Source of the DNA: Nannocystis bainbridge
Lineage (GTDB): Bacteria > Myxococcota_A > Polyangia > Nannocystales > Nannocystaceae
DNA length: 64,000 bases
Direction of reading: 5' to 3'
Assembly (NCBI RefSeq): GCF_028368995.1
Contig: NZ_JAQNDL010000003.1
Coordinates: 736,001-800,000, forward strand
Below the pieces are notes generated by a model. That model did no database searches and was not told the origin of the DNA. It saw nothing but the letters and a program-made list of their open reading frames with translations. The translations under genes were made by a program, and so were the position numbers. The stretch's first letter is position 1. Every line of letters starts with the position of its first letter. Below, piece by piece: positions 30,517 through 40,275 of the stretch.

Positions 30517-30987
30517 TCAGGCTTCCTCGGGGACAAAGCCCGAGCGGAGCCTGCGGTCGTACGCCTCGATGATGCTGCGGCGCAGTTCTTCGGCGATGCA
30601 GGCGTCTCTGTTGGCCTTCTCTTGACGCTCAGAGGAGGCAGCCGCGATGTTGTGCCGCAGCGACTCGTCGTCGCACGAGCGCGCGAAGCCTCGCGCCCGC
30701 AGCTCGACGAGGCACGCGCCCTTGTACACGGCCCGCTCCGGTGAATCCGGTAGGCCGAGGATTCGGTCGAGCTCCGCATCGCTGCAGATGTCGGCGATGC
30801 GCCGCGCGTCGCGCTCGAGGAAACACGCCTCCCGGTAGGCCCTCCCGAGCGGCGTATCGGGCGCAAAGGCGACGATGCGGTCGAGGTCTTCGTCGTCGCA
30901 TCGACAGGCGAACTCCCGTGCGCGCTGGCGCCACCATGCGGGGTTGGGGTCATCGGCCGGCTCAACGACGTCGAGGAGGAGGTTCAT
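30517..30987 (-). CDS. Hypothetical protein with three ~38-aa Cys-containing internal repeats
   Basis: AREFACRCDDEDLDR...YREAC / ARRIADICSDAELDR...YKGAC / ARGFARSCDDESLRH...NRDAC; ATGA overlap with upstream gene. Confidence 0.75.
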   Translation of the reverse strand: MNLLLDVVEPADDPNPAWWRQRAREFACRCDDEDLDRIVAFAPDTPLGRAYREACFLERDARRIADICSDAELDRILGLPDSPERAVYKGACLVELRARGFARSCDDESLRHNIAAASSERQEKANRDACIAEELRRSIIEAYDRRLRSGFVPEEA

Positions 30988-31286
30988 CGACCTGGGGCCT
31001 CCCCAGCGCCGGCAGCACGAATGATCACCCGCGGGCGCTTCGCGCCTCCATCGCCCGCCGTATCGATGCCCCGCACCTCGCCCGCCACGCTCCTGTACAT
31101 GCGGCAGACGGGCCCATGCTCGCCGCCCTGGCCACCGCATTCGCATGGCGCACTGCGCCGCTCCGCGGCCTGGCGGGCCCGGTCCTCTCGTTGACGAGCA
31201 CGACAGGTCTCCGTGAGCCGGGTCGAATTGCTCGGCAGCATGTCACAGATCGCGGCGAACCGCCCGCACGCGCACAGCTCAGGCAT
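30984..31286 (-). CDS. Small Cys-rich hypothetical protein
   Basis: CACG...C...C...CECG...HGPVC; overlaps both neighbours, consistent with translational coupling. Confidence 0.55.
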   Translation of the reverse strand: MPELCACGRFAAICDMLPSNSTRLTETCRARQREDRARQAAERRSAPCECGGQGGEHGPVCRMYRSVAGEVRGIDTAGDGGAKRPRVIIRAAGAGEAPGR

Positions 31287-31629
31287 CTGCGCACCCCTCC
31301 GCCTCGATTCGGATCGAGGCCACCGCCCGCACGGCTGCGTCCCGCTCTTCCCGCGCCAGCGCCAACGCCCTCTCGACCTCCTGCACCTGAGCCTCGAGGC
31401 GGCGCTTGTCCTCCAAGAGCTCGCCGATCTGCAGGATCAGCGACGCAGCCCAATACGTCGCAGTGCCCACCACGATGAAGAGACCTCCGAACAGCAAACG
31501 AGAGTCGCCATAGTGGACGCCGGCGACGACCAGGCATAGAGCGACGATACAAGCTTCGATCGGCACACGATCCTCCGGGCAGGCGGCGAGCCGCGCCGTT
31601 GCGCCGTTGCACGCGGCGCCGCGGTGCAC
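31279..31629 (-). CDS. Small membrane protein with two hydrophobic segments and a coiled-coil tail
   Basis: CIVALCLVVAGV, LLFGGLFIVVG, then ELLEDKRRLEAQVQEVERALALAREERD; start uncertain. Confidence 0.65.
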   Translation of the reverse strand: MHRGAACNGATARLAACPEDRVPIEACIVALCLVVAGVHYGDSRLLFGGLFIVVGTATYWAASLILQIGELLEDKRRLEAQVQEVERALALAREERDAAVRAVASIRIEAEGCADA

Positions 31630-31911
31630 TTCACCGTTATTTCATTCTCATTCTATCATGGGTTCATGTTGGTTCCAGAGCGATTTTTTACATCGCTACT
31701 CTGGAGGGGTCCAGGGCCCTCCGCAAGGGCGGCGCACCTGGCGCAGGTGTCATAACTGTCTCGAAGCTCCCCCAGCAAATCTGACGGCGCCGTGGGGCGC
31801 TCATGCCGGCTGATCCGGGTGAGCGCCGCAGGTCAGCGATGGTCGCGCCAGCCTCGGCAAATCGAAACATACTGGTTCGCGTGAGCAGCATGTTATGGCA
31901 AGTTCGACGCG

Positions 31912-32616
31912 ATGACGCCCGTCTCGACTCAGGATGAAGCCTGCACGCTCGCGCATCCCACCACCTCGTCTTTTGCCGCCTGGATGGCAGGCTCCGCTGA
32001 GGGCGGTCAGAACGCGGTGAAAGACGCGAATCTGTCGACAGCCGATCGGTCCGCGCAGCTCACTGCCGTCTTTCAGGTGTTCCTGAACAGCCAGCGCTAC
32101 ACGCCGAAGAAGAACCTCGACTCGATGCTCCGCAGCGATCCGACGTGCGTCGGCGTCGAAGATCATCCCCTGATCGGCCGCGACAAGCGCCGCCTGCACG
32201 TCCTCCAGCGCGAGCTGCAGCGCGCCTGTCTCACGGCCACGCTGCTCAACCTACCCGTCGCTCGGCGCGCGGGCTTCATCTTGATCGATGTGCTGGGGTT
32301 CAGTGAGGGCGAGGTCGCCAAGATCTTGGACACGACCCCTTCCGCCGTTCACACGGGGGTCGGGCGAGCGAGGCGGGAGCTCACTTCGTATCTCGAGCCG
32401 CGCTGCGAGCACATGGACCCCGCCAATCCCTGCCATTGCGAGACGCGCCTCGGCATCGCCCTCGAGCGGGGCTTCATCACCTGGCCCGACCGCGATGATC
32501 TCGACGGCGACGTCCCGCTCGTCAGCCGCACGATCTGCCCCGACGCCGAGCGGCTGTACGCCAGGCTGCCGGGGCCCCTGCCTTCGCCCCGCAGCCCGGA
32601 GACGACATGTCGCTGA
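31912..32616 (+). CDS. ECF-like sigma factor: intact region 4 plus Cys/His C-terminal extension, region 2 degenerate
   Basis: ACLTATLLNLPVARRAGFILIDVLGFSEGEVAKILDTTPSAVHTGVGRARREL; extension CEHMDPANPCHC; only SSFAAWM recalls region 2.3. Confidence 0.75.
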   Translation: MTPVSTQDEACTLAHPTTSSFAAWMAGSAEGGQNAVKDANLSTADRSAQLTAVFQVFLNSQRYTPKKNLDSMLRSDPTCVGVEDHPLIGRDKRRLHVLQRELQRACLTATLLNLPVARRAGFILIDVLGFSEGEVAKILDTTPSAVHTGVGRARRELTSYLEPRCEHMDPANPCHCETRLGIALERGFITWPDRDDLDGDVPLVSRTICPDAERLYARLPGPLPSPRSPETTCR

Positions 32617-34004
32617 AGAGCCCGCAGCAGGAGGGCCTCGTGTTCGGCCGCTTCAAGCCGGTGCGCCAGCTCGGCATCGGCGCGATGGCGGTGGTGCACC
32701 TGGCGCACGACGTGCTGGGGCACCGTGATGTCGCGCTGAAGCGGATGCATCGCGTCGTGCCCGTGATGGTCGAGCGGTTCAAGCGGGAGTACCGCGCGCT
32801 CGCCGGCATTCGTCACCTCGGGGTGCCGGCGATCTTCGACATCGGCGAGTCGGAGTCCGGCGAACCCTACTTCACGATGGAGGTCGTCACGGGCGAGACG
32901 CTCGAGCTCCACATTCGACGCGGGCCGGTCGAGCCGGTCCGCGCGCTCACGCTGGCGATCGAGCTCGGGCGCGTCTTGATGGCGGTTCACGCGGCCGGCG
33001 TGGTCCATCGTGACGTGAAGCCCAGCAACGTGATCATCGAGCCGGGCGATCGCGTTCGCCTGCTCGACTTCGGGATCTGCTGCCTCACCGAGGACTACTA
33101 CCGGCAGCCGCACCTGCGGGGCGTCACGGCCGAGGCCGAACGCTGGCAAACGCTCGACGTACGCGGCCTCGGCAACGAGCACTACGTCGACCCGCAGCTC
33201 GCCACGGTCGGGACCTCGCCGCAGAACGACGTGTTCTCGGTCTGTGTCATCCTCTACGAGTTGGTCACGGGCCGACCGCTGTTCGACTCGGACGCGCGGC
33301 GCTTCGGAGAGATCGACGAGGCCGAGTTTCGGCCGGCGCTCGCGCCGCTGGTGACCGAGCTGCGGCGCGGCGTTGCTGAGCCGCTGTCCCGCCATCGCAG
33401 CATGGCGGAGCTGGTAAAGGCCCTGGAGGTCGTGCGCGGGCGGATCGTCGGTCCGCTCGCCGAACAGACGCGGGCCGCCACGCCCGCACCGCCTGCACCG
33501 CCGCGCGCCTGGGTGGCATCGCTGTTGTGTCTCGCCCTGGGCGGCCTGGGCGGGGCTGCGATCGGGCGCTTGGCGTCGCCGAGCGAGCGCGAGCCCTCGC
33601 CCGTGGCCGTCGTGTCCTCTCAGCCGACGACCTCACCCGCGCTCGACATCTCGACGCCGCCACCGTCGCCGCTCCCTGCATCGGCTGCGCCATCCCCCGC
33701 GAACCGCGAATCTCCGCCACCGACGACGGCGATCGTCGAGCCGGCTCGCAAGCCCGCAGCGAAGCTCCCGGAGACCTTCGAGGGTCGCATACGTCATGCC
33801 GAGGCGCGCGCGCGCCGATGCCTGATGAAGGCGAACGCGAAGCCTCGTCCCCTCGATGTGACCATCGCCGCCGACAAACCGCCGAGTGTGTGGGGCGCGG
33901 CGTCCGAATCGCCCGAGGCGCGGTGCATCCGCGAAGCTCTCGCCCACTTCAAGCTGACGGTCGTCCAGGGCCAGCGGCAGCACACCTTCTTCGAGGAGAC
34001 CTGA
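32607..34004 (+). CDS. Ser/Thr kinase with atypical activation segment, transmembrane segment and Pro-rich linker
   Basis: LGIGAMAVV, VALK, HRDVKPSN, DFG present; GNEHYVDPQ replaces GTxxYxAPE; 10-bp overlap with the sigma-like gene. Confidence 0.88.
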   Translation: MSLKSPQQEGLVFGRFKPVRQLGIGAMAVVHLAHDVLGHRDVALKRMHRVVPVMVERFKREYRALAGIRHLGVPAIFDIGESESGEPYFTMEVVTGETLELHIRRGPVEPVRALTLAIELGRVLMAVHAAGVVHRDVKPSNVIIEPGDRVRLLDFGICCLTEDYYRQPHLRGVTAEAERWQTLDVRGLGNEHYVDPQLATVGTSPQNDVFSVCVILYELVTGRPLFDSDARRFGEIDEAEFRPALAPLVTELRRGVAEPLSRHRSMAELVKALEVVRGRIVGPLAEQTRAATPAPPAPPRAWVASLLCLALGGLGGAAIGRLASPSEREPSPVAVVSSQPTTSPALDISTPPPSPLPASAAPSPANRESPPPTTAIVEPARKPAAKLPETFEGRIRHAEARARRCLMKANAKPRPLDVTIAADKPPSVWGAASESPEARCIREALAHFKLTVVQGQRQHTFFEET

Positions 34005-34006
34005 GC

Positions 34007-34822
34007 ATGCTCGTCCATCTTCTGCTCGCCGTAAGCCTGCTCGCACCACCGTCGAAGGGCTCACCGCCGTCCAAGGCGGCCGCCCAGAAGGCGTTCAACG
34101 ACGGCAATTGGCAAGCTGCGCTCGACCTGTACCTCGCGCTCGCCGAGGCCCCCGGCGTGCACCCGCCGAACGCCCTTGTCGGCGCGCATGACAGCCTCCG
34201 CGCGCTCCACGATGCAGCGCCGAGCGACGCGCACATCTGCCGCGCGCTGGCCCTCGCGCGTGAGGTCCTCCACCGCGACGACCTGTCCGACGACGAGCGG
34301 GCCTACTGGGCCGAGCTCGCGGCCGATGACGCGGCGAGAGCGGGTGCAGGGTGTGCCGGCGAGGGGTCGCCGAGCGAACCCATCGAGGTCGACGAAGCCC
34401 CCACCACAACGCCTGCGCAGGCACAGACACCCGAGGGACCAGTGTCGGCACTGGCGACGCGAGCCCCCGAGCCGCGACGCCCGACCGCCCGCGTCGTCAC
34501 CGGCTCTCTCCTCTCTATCGTCGGCGCGAGCCTCGTGGGCGGGACCATCGGCGTCCTCGTGCGGCGAGATCGTACGGACGAGAAGATCGCCGCGATCACG
34601 ACGACCTTGCTCGCCGAGAACCGAGGGCCGACCTCAGCCGAATCGGAAGTCGCCTCAGCAGCTCGTGCATCCTTTAAAGAGGATCGAACAACCGCGTGGG
34701 CGCTCGGGATCATCGGGAGTGTAAGCCTGCTTACAGGTTTGACGCTCGCGCTGATTCCGGCACGCCCATCATCATCTGCGCGACTCCGCGCCAACGCGGC
34801 AGGAATCGTGTATTCCTTCTAA
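34007..34822 (+). CDS. Secreted TPR-like protein with hydrophobic segments and C-terminal Phe
   Basis: Signal MLVHLLLAVSLLA, AAQKAFNDGNWQAALDLY, linker, two hydrophobic stretches, ends AGIVYSF. Confidence 0.78.
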   Translation: MLVHLLLAVSLLAPPSKGSPPSKAAAQKAFNDGNWQAALDLYLALAEAPGVHPPNALVGAHDSLRALHDAAPSDAHICRALALAREVLHRDDLSDDERAYWAELAADDAARAGAGCAGEGSPSEPIEVDEAPTTTPAQAQTPEGPVSALATRAPEPRRPTARVVTGSLLSIVGASLVGGTIGVLVRRDRTDEKIAAITTTLLAENRGPTSAESEVASAARASFKEDRTTAWALGIIGSVSLLTGLTLALIPARPSSSARLRANAAGIVYSF

Positions 34823-34831
34823 GAGAAGAGG

Positions 34832-36511
34832 TTGTCCGTGAACTGTCGACCCCGTCTGGCCATTATTTTTGTCGCGCTCGCGCTCGTAGCATGCGCCCTG
34901 GAGCCGCCGTCGTACGCGGCCTACACCGCGGCGGTCGACCTCCTGACCGAAGAGACAGGTGGGAGTACTTCGACGACGACGATCGCGACCGACTCCACCG
35001 CGAGCATGACCTCCGGCCTCACGACTTCCGAGGCGCCTCCCGCGACGACCGAGATCGGCACCGAGAGCGGCAGCGACACAGGGACGACCAGCGGCGACGC
35101 TCAACCCCTCCCCCTCGATGTCGAGCTGTTCTTGAACCCGTCGTCGGTGAGTACCGTCGGCGAGGTGAAGATCGACGTGTGGACGTCGCGGCCGGTGGCG
35201 ACGATCGACATCTTCGACGGCGACAAGCCGATCGTGCTCGGAGCGGCCCCCAAGGCGCCGGTCACCATGCTCGAGGTGACTTCCGACCAGATCCCCGGTG
35301 ATGGCATTCGCAAGATCCGCGCCGTCGGCCACACCGAGGACGGCGTGAGCGACCAGGCGGAGAAGGACCTGCTCATCGACGTTGCGCCGGGAGGAACCGA
35401 CGTGTGGCCGCCCTACGTGCACGCCGGATCGATCAGCGGCTTCACCGGCGTGGTGCTGCTCGACAACCAGTCGATCGCGGCGTGCGGCTTCCTCGAGACG
35501 AAGGAGGGTCTCGTGGCGATCGTGGTCCAGCTCGACGGTGCGACAGGCAAGGTCGAGAAAGGACCGATCTCCCTCGGCAAGGTCGCGTTCGCGGCCGCAG
35601 GCAGCGGGCCGGCGATCGCCCGCGGGGACGACGGCGCCGTCTACGTGGCCTCGACGCGCGCGGGCTCGACGTGGGCCGTGTCCAAGGTGCGGACCGGCGA
35701 TCCGCTGCCGCTGGTGTGGACGGCGACGGGTGAGCTGAAGACCAAGGCCTTCGGCATCGAGTTCGCGGGCGACCGCGTGATCGTCGTCGGGGCCATCGAG
35801 ATCGCTCCCGGCACCCATGACCTCAAGGTCTGGTGGCTCGCGGCCCACGACGGCGAATTGCTCGACGAGAGGACCTTCGCCATGGCTGCGCAAGATGACA
35901 AGATCAACGCGTACGACGAACTCGCTCGCGCGGCGGCGATCGTCGACGGAGAACTGGTCGTGGTCGGCGAACGCGAGATCCAGGGGAAGTTCAACTGGCT
36001 CTACCGTCGCACGGTCGTGCTGCGTTTCTCTCTCGACAACGAGTTGCTCGACGAGTGGACCTCCCCCGGTGAACTGCTGGAGGAGGACGCTGGGATGGCC
36101 GTGACGCCGCTACGCGACGGAGGCTTCGCCGTCACGGGCTGGGGCCGAAACCTGAACACCATCCGCCAGGTGCAGACGCGGTGGTTCTCTCCCGTCGGTG
36201 AGGCTGGTCCGGTACGGACCGAGGCCACGCCAGGGAGCGACGCGATCGCCTACGCGATCGGCGAGGACCGCGAAGGCAAGCTCGTCCTCGCGGGCTCGCG
36301 CACCACGCCGGCGACGGACGCGGATGCGTGGATCTTCGCCATCCCGGGCCCGCTCGGTGCTCACACGTGGGATGTCATCCGCAGCGGGCCAGGCAAGGGG
36401 CCCGACGAGGCCGCGGACCTCGCCATCGGTCCGTGGGGCCACGTGTCCGTCGTCGGCGGCGAGTTCGCCGACCTGCAGCCACGAGCCTTTGCCATGCGCC
36501 TCTACCCCTGA
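34832..36511 (+). CDS. Lipoprotein with Thr-rich linker, Ig-like segment and probable beta-propeller
   Basis: VALALVAC lipobox; repeated blade-like motifs (GDDGAVYVAS, DGGFAVTGW, DREGKLVLAGS, GPWGHVSVVG); start may be GTG 34838. Confidence 0.8.
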   Translation: MSVNCRPRLAIIFVALALVACALEPPSYAAYTAAVDLLTEETGGSTSTTTIATDSTASMTSGLTTSEAPPATTEIGTESGSDTGTTSGDAQPLPLDVELFLNPSSVSTVGEVKIDVWTSRPVATIDIFDGDKPIVLGAAPKAPVTMLEVTSDQIPGDGIRKIRAVGHTEDGVSDQAEKDLLIDVAPGGTDVWPPYVHAGSISGFTGVVLLDNQSIAACGFLETKEGLVAIVVQLDGATGKVEKGPISLGKVAFAAAGSGPAIARGDDGAVYVASTRAGSTWAVSKVRTGDPLPLVWTATGELKTKAFGIEFAGDRVIVVGAIEIAPGTHDLKVWWLAAHDGELLDERTFAMAAQDDKINAYDELARAAAIVDGELVVVGEREIQGKFNWLYRRTVVLRFSLDNELLDEWTSPGELLEEDAGMAVTPLRDGGFAVTGWGRNLNTIRQVQTRWFSPVGEAGPVRTEATPGSDAIAYAIGEDREGKLVLAGSRTTPATDADAWIFAIPGPLGAHTWDVIRSGPGKGPDEAADLAIGPWGHVSVVGGEFADLQPRAFAMRLYP

Positions 36512-36570
36512 CCGCTGTGCTCTCGCGGCTGGCGGGTCCTCTCTGCGACTCGAGGACCCGTGTGCACGAC

Positions 36571-37659
36571 TCACTGCGGGACGAACACGTCGCACTGGGT
36601 CTTGATCTTCGCCGCGGCCTCCGCGAAGTAGCCCGCGTAGCCCTGCTCGTTGCATATCGAGCCGAACACCGAGTGAGGCAGCAGCTCGGTCCAGTTCCGG
36701 AGTTCGTGGAAACCGGGGGGAATCCCCGCGTAGCCGCACAGTCCGTCCGGGTCGTCGATGTCGTTCGTGATGACGAGCAGCACCACCGCATCCGCGTCGC
36801 CCCCCTTGGCATCGACCAGCGCGTTTGCCCAGTCCTGCGCCGTGCCTTCACTGTTCTCGTCCGCCGTGTCCTGGACGACCACGACGACGAGCAGGGCATC
36901 ATCGCGGAGGAATCCCGCGTTGCAGCTACCCACGCTGTTGAGCTCGCTCGCCACGGCTTTCACCGTGACCTCGGCGACGTTGGCTGCGCCGTCGATGCCC
37001 ACCGAGGCGATGCAGGTGAACGCGTCTTCGAGTTCGGGCTGGCCGGACGTGATGTAGCGACGGCCGCTGGCGAGGTCGCACCGCTTGTTGCTCGCGTGCT
37101 CGCCGATCGGATACGTGACGCCCGCGCCGCGGATCTCGTCACATGGCTCGTGCTCGACCCCGCAGGGGTACTTGGGCACCTCGGGGCAGAAGTCCTCGCA
37201 GTTGGCGCAGAGGATGGGATGGCCCCACAGCGGGGACGTGTTCGCCGACAGGATGTGGTAGTCGAAGTCCGCGAACTCGCCCTCGAGCGTGCCGATGAAG
37301 CCCGGGAAGCTCGACTTCAACCAGCCCTGCGCGTCCTCCATCGTCCAGTCGGAGCTGATCGTGAACATGAAGTCGATCTTGCCCTTGCAGCCCGCCGGCG
37401 GCTTGTCGCCCCCGTCGGGCGGCACACCTCCGTCCGGGATGCCGCCCGCGGAGCTGTCGGAGTTGCCGGTCGAGCTCGCCGCAGCCGAGTCCTCACCCGA
37501 AGTGCTCGACCCGCCCGTCGTCGAGGTCGACGTGGTCTCGGCGCCGGTGGAAGTCGTCGCCGGCGGCGCCGTCGTGATGCTCGTGCTGAACCCCGAGTTC
37601 TGCCCGTCGCCGTTGTTGCAGGCGAAGACGGCGGCGGCAGCGAGCACGAGACGGCGCAT
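36571..37659 (-). CDS. Lipoprotein with Thr/Ser linker and vWA-like Cys-rich domain
   Basis: MRRLVLAAAAVFAC; CKGKIDFMFTISSDWTM, FTCIASVG, CNAGFLRDDALLVVVVVQD, GSIC. Confidence 0.85.
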   Translation of the reverse strand: MRRLVLAAAAVFACNNGDGQNSGFSTSITTAPPATTSTGAETTSTSTTGGSSTSGEDSAAASSTGNSDSSAGGIPDGGVPPDGGDKPPAGCKGKIDFMFTISSDWTMEDAQGWLKSSFPGFIGTLEGEFADFDYHILSANTSPLWGHPILCANCEDFCPEVPKYPCGVEHEPCDEIRGAGVTYPIGEHASNKRCDLASGRRYITSGQPELEDAFTCIASVGIDGAANVAEVTVKAVASELNSVGSCNAGFLRDDALLVVVVVQDTADENSEGTAQDWANALVDAKGGDADAVVLLVITNDIDDPDGLCGYAGIPPGFHELRNWTELLPHSVFGSICNEQGYAGYFAEAAAKIKTQCDVFVPQ

Positions 37660-37937
37660 GACCTCCGCAGCGTAGCGCGGCCAACGCGCGAAGTCGAGAG
37701 CGTGAGCGCGGGCGCAACTCCCTCCTGGGTGGGGTTGGCCGCTTCGCCGCCCGCAGCAGGGTGAAGTTGGCGTCGAGCGTGCGATTCGGGCCAGGATGCT
37801 CGCGGTCGCGCCGCATGGACCGGGCCTACCAATGGCCAACCACCCGGGGCGATTGCGACACCGGTGCAGGCCCCGCCTGCTTCCAGGATTGCTTGACCTG
37901 CTCCACCATGAGTGGCTTGGTCGATGGACCAACCGCG

Positions 37938-38459
37938 ATGCCCGGAACCTCAGAGCGAGACGATATCCTGGAACGCTGCGATCACGAGGCCGGTCACTTC
38001 GTAGTCGGAGTCGTGCTCGCGCAACGTCATGCAGACTTCAAGTTTATTCCCAGGTACGTGAGTGTGCTTTCTCGGGTTGGATCAGGGGGGCGTGTTGCGT
38101 TTATGTATGCAGAAGAACCACCGATTTTGCAGCACGCGTTGATGTGCTACGCCGGAGCCCATGCTCAGGTCCTCTGCGCACTGATGCGGCATCATTCGAA
38201 ATCGAATACCCGGCCGAGTCAGGCTGATGTCGAAGCGCAATTGAAGAGAGCTCTACCTCATGCCGGTGCGGATCTTGAACTGGCAGAAGCTCATAGCAAA
38301 TTCGAGACCCTCGACCAGGTGGACGGGTCAGTGAACTCGGGTTCGGGTCAGAGAAATCGTGGGAGCGATGGACATCATTGTTGTGCATGGCTCCTTCTGC
38401 GCCGGACTCGCAGCCGACGAGGCTGGGGATCGCTCTTGCTGCAGGCCGCGCCTCTCTGA
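37938..38459 (+). pseudogene. HEXXH (FtsH/M41-like) peptidase-domain gene, probably 3'-truncated; lower GC than flanks
   Basis: DHEAGHFVV...GGRV...YAGAHAQ...GADLELA; sequence after ~38320 looks unrelated. Confidence 0.55.
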
Positions 38460-38475
38460 CACACGGCCTCATGGT

Positions 38476-38853
38476 TCAGCGGTAGCGACGGAACTCGGCC
38501 ATCAGCCGCTCCAACAGGACCGGCTTGCGAAGAACCGCGTCAGCCCCCATCCCTGCCACCAAGTCCGCATCCCTGTCCACCGAGCCCGACATGATGATCA
38601 CCGGGATGGGGGCCATCGTCGGCTCTGATAGTTGCGCAGCCCGAAACTCCCATCCGCTCATGAGCGGCATCCTGAGATCCAGGAGAATGACCAGCGGTGC
38701 TCCAGCCCCCCCCGGCATCAAATCGGCGCGCAGTTGCGCGAGGGCCTCGATACCGTTCGCCGCCGTGGCGACCTTGAACCCTTGGAATTGCAAGAGCCGG
38801 CCAAGGAGCTCGCGCACGTCGGGATCGTCCTCCACGACCAAGATCCGCCGCAT
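38476..38853 (-). CDS. Single-domain response regulator (receiver)
   Basis: ILVVEDD, AANGIEAL, ILLDLRMPLMSG, PVIIMSG, LRKP. Confidence 0.9.
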   Translation of the reverse strand: MRRILVVEDDPDVRELLGRLLQFQGFKVATAANGIEALAQLRADLMPGGAGAPLVILLDLRMPLMSGWEFRAAQLSEPTMAPIPVIIMSGSVDRDADLVAGMGADAVLRKPVLLERLMAEFRRYR

Positions 38854-39219
38854 GGCCTGAGCATCGCAGGGCGTAGAACCTCGCGCAACATAGTACACAC
38901 GATGTTTGGCGAAGCGGCCTCAACAGAATCCGACGGCGAGTGTCGTGGTGCGCCCCACCGCGACCACGCCCGTTCGTTCGAGCGCGGGCGTCGCGCGCAT
39001 ACGTCCTCTGCTCGCCGCATGCCGCGACCGCTCGAGGCTGCGCGGCCAGAGGGCGGCGCGTCGCTCGGGAGCTGCGTGACCACGCACGCGGACGTATCGG
39101 AAATTCCCTGGCTGACGAGCAGGCCGAGCTCCCGACGCCGTTCGGCGGAGCGTCCGGCGAGCGTGTCACCCTCCCTCGTGGCCCTTCTCTTGCCCAGGCG
39201 CAAGTTCACTCGGGCGCGG

Positions 39220-40275
39220 TCAACAGATGCGTGGGAGCTGCTCCCCCGCGAGCAGGTCGAGCGTGTGGCTGCCGCCGAGGCCGGTCTTCAAGACCACCAC
39301 GCGCGGATGAGCTTCGACCACCTGGCCGATGCGCGCGGCGCCTGACCCGAGCGTCGCAAGCGCTCGCTCCACGGACGCTGCCGGGACCATCAGCGTCATT
39401 CGACCCTCACAGGCCACGTGGAGCGGATCGAGGCCGAGCAACTCGCACGCGCCGCGCACGGGCTCGCTGACGGGGATCGCCGGCTCGTCGAGGAGCACGC
39501 CGACATTCGCGTCCATGGCGATCTCGTTCAGCGCCGCGGCCAGCCCGCCGCGGGTGAGGTCGCGGAGACAGTGCAGCGTCACGCCCGCGGCGAGCAAGGC
39601 GGCCACGCAGCTCGCCAGCGCCGCGCAGTCGCTCTCGATCGGGGACGCGAACGCGAGCCCCTCGCGGACCGACAGCACCGCGATCCCGTGCCGCCCGAGA
39701 TCGCCGCTCACGAGCACCGCATCTCCGGGCTGCACGCGGTGAGGTCCGATGTCGACGCCCGGAGGGACGAGCCCGACCCCCGTGGTGGTGATGAACACGC
39801 CGTCCCCCTTGCCGCGATCGACGACCTTCGTATCCCCTGTCACGATCGCCACGCCCGCCTCGGTGGCGGCGTCACGCATCGATTCGACGATGCGCCGGAG
39901 CGCTGCGAGCGCGAGGCCCTCCTCGAGGATGAACGCCGCCGTGAGATGGAGGGGCCGGGCTCCCGCCATCGCCAGGTCGTTGACCGTGCCGAAGACCGCG
40001 AGGCGACCGATGTCGCCGCCCGGAAAGAAGAGAGGCTTGACCACGTAGCTATCGGTCGTCAGCGCGACCCGCCCTCGGGAAGTGACGTCGGGGACGACAT
40101 CGACGACAGCGCTGTCGTGACGCGCGAGCAGCGTCGGATTGGCGAAGGCCGGCAAGAACACGCCCTCGATGAGCTGGCGCATGCGTCGTCCGCCGCCGCC
40201 GTGGGCCAACTGCACCGTGGACGGCGGGTGCTGCGTCGGGCAGGCGGAGGCCAGCCTTTCCCGGTCAGACGACAT
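39220..40275 (-). CDS. hypE: Hydrogenase maturation factor HypE
   Basis: [42 protein letters not shown]-terminal LPRIC. Confidence 0.95.
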   Translation of the reverse strand: MSSDRERLASACPTQHPPSTVQLAHGGGGRRMRQLIEGVFLPAFANPTLLARHDSAVVDVVPDVTSRGRVALTTDSYVVKPLFFPGGDIGRLAVFGTVNDLAMAGARPLHLTAAFILEEGLALAALRRIVESMRDAATEAGVAIVTGDTKVVDRGKGDGVFITTTGVGLVPPGVDIGPHRVQPGDAVLVSGDLGRHGIAVLSVREGLAFASPIESDCAALASCVAALLAAGVTLHCLRDLTRGGLAAALNEIAMDANVGVLLDEPAIPVSEPVRGACELLGLDPLHVACEGRMTLMVPAASVERALATLGSGAARIGQVVEAHPRVVVLKTGLGGSHTLDLLAGEQLPRIC

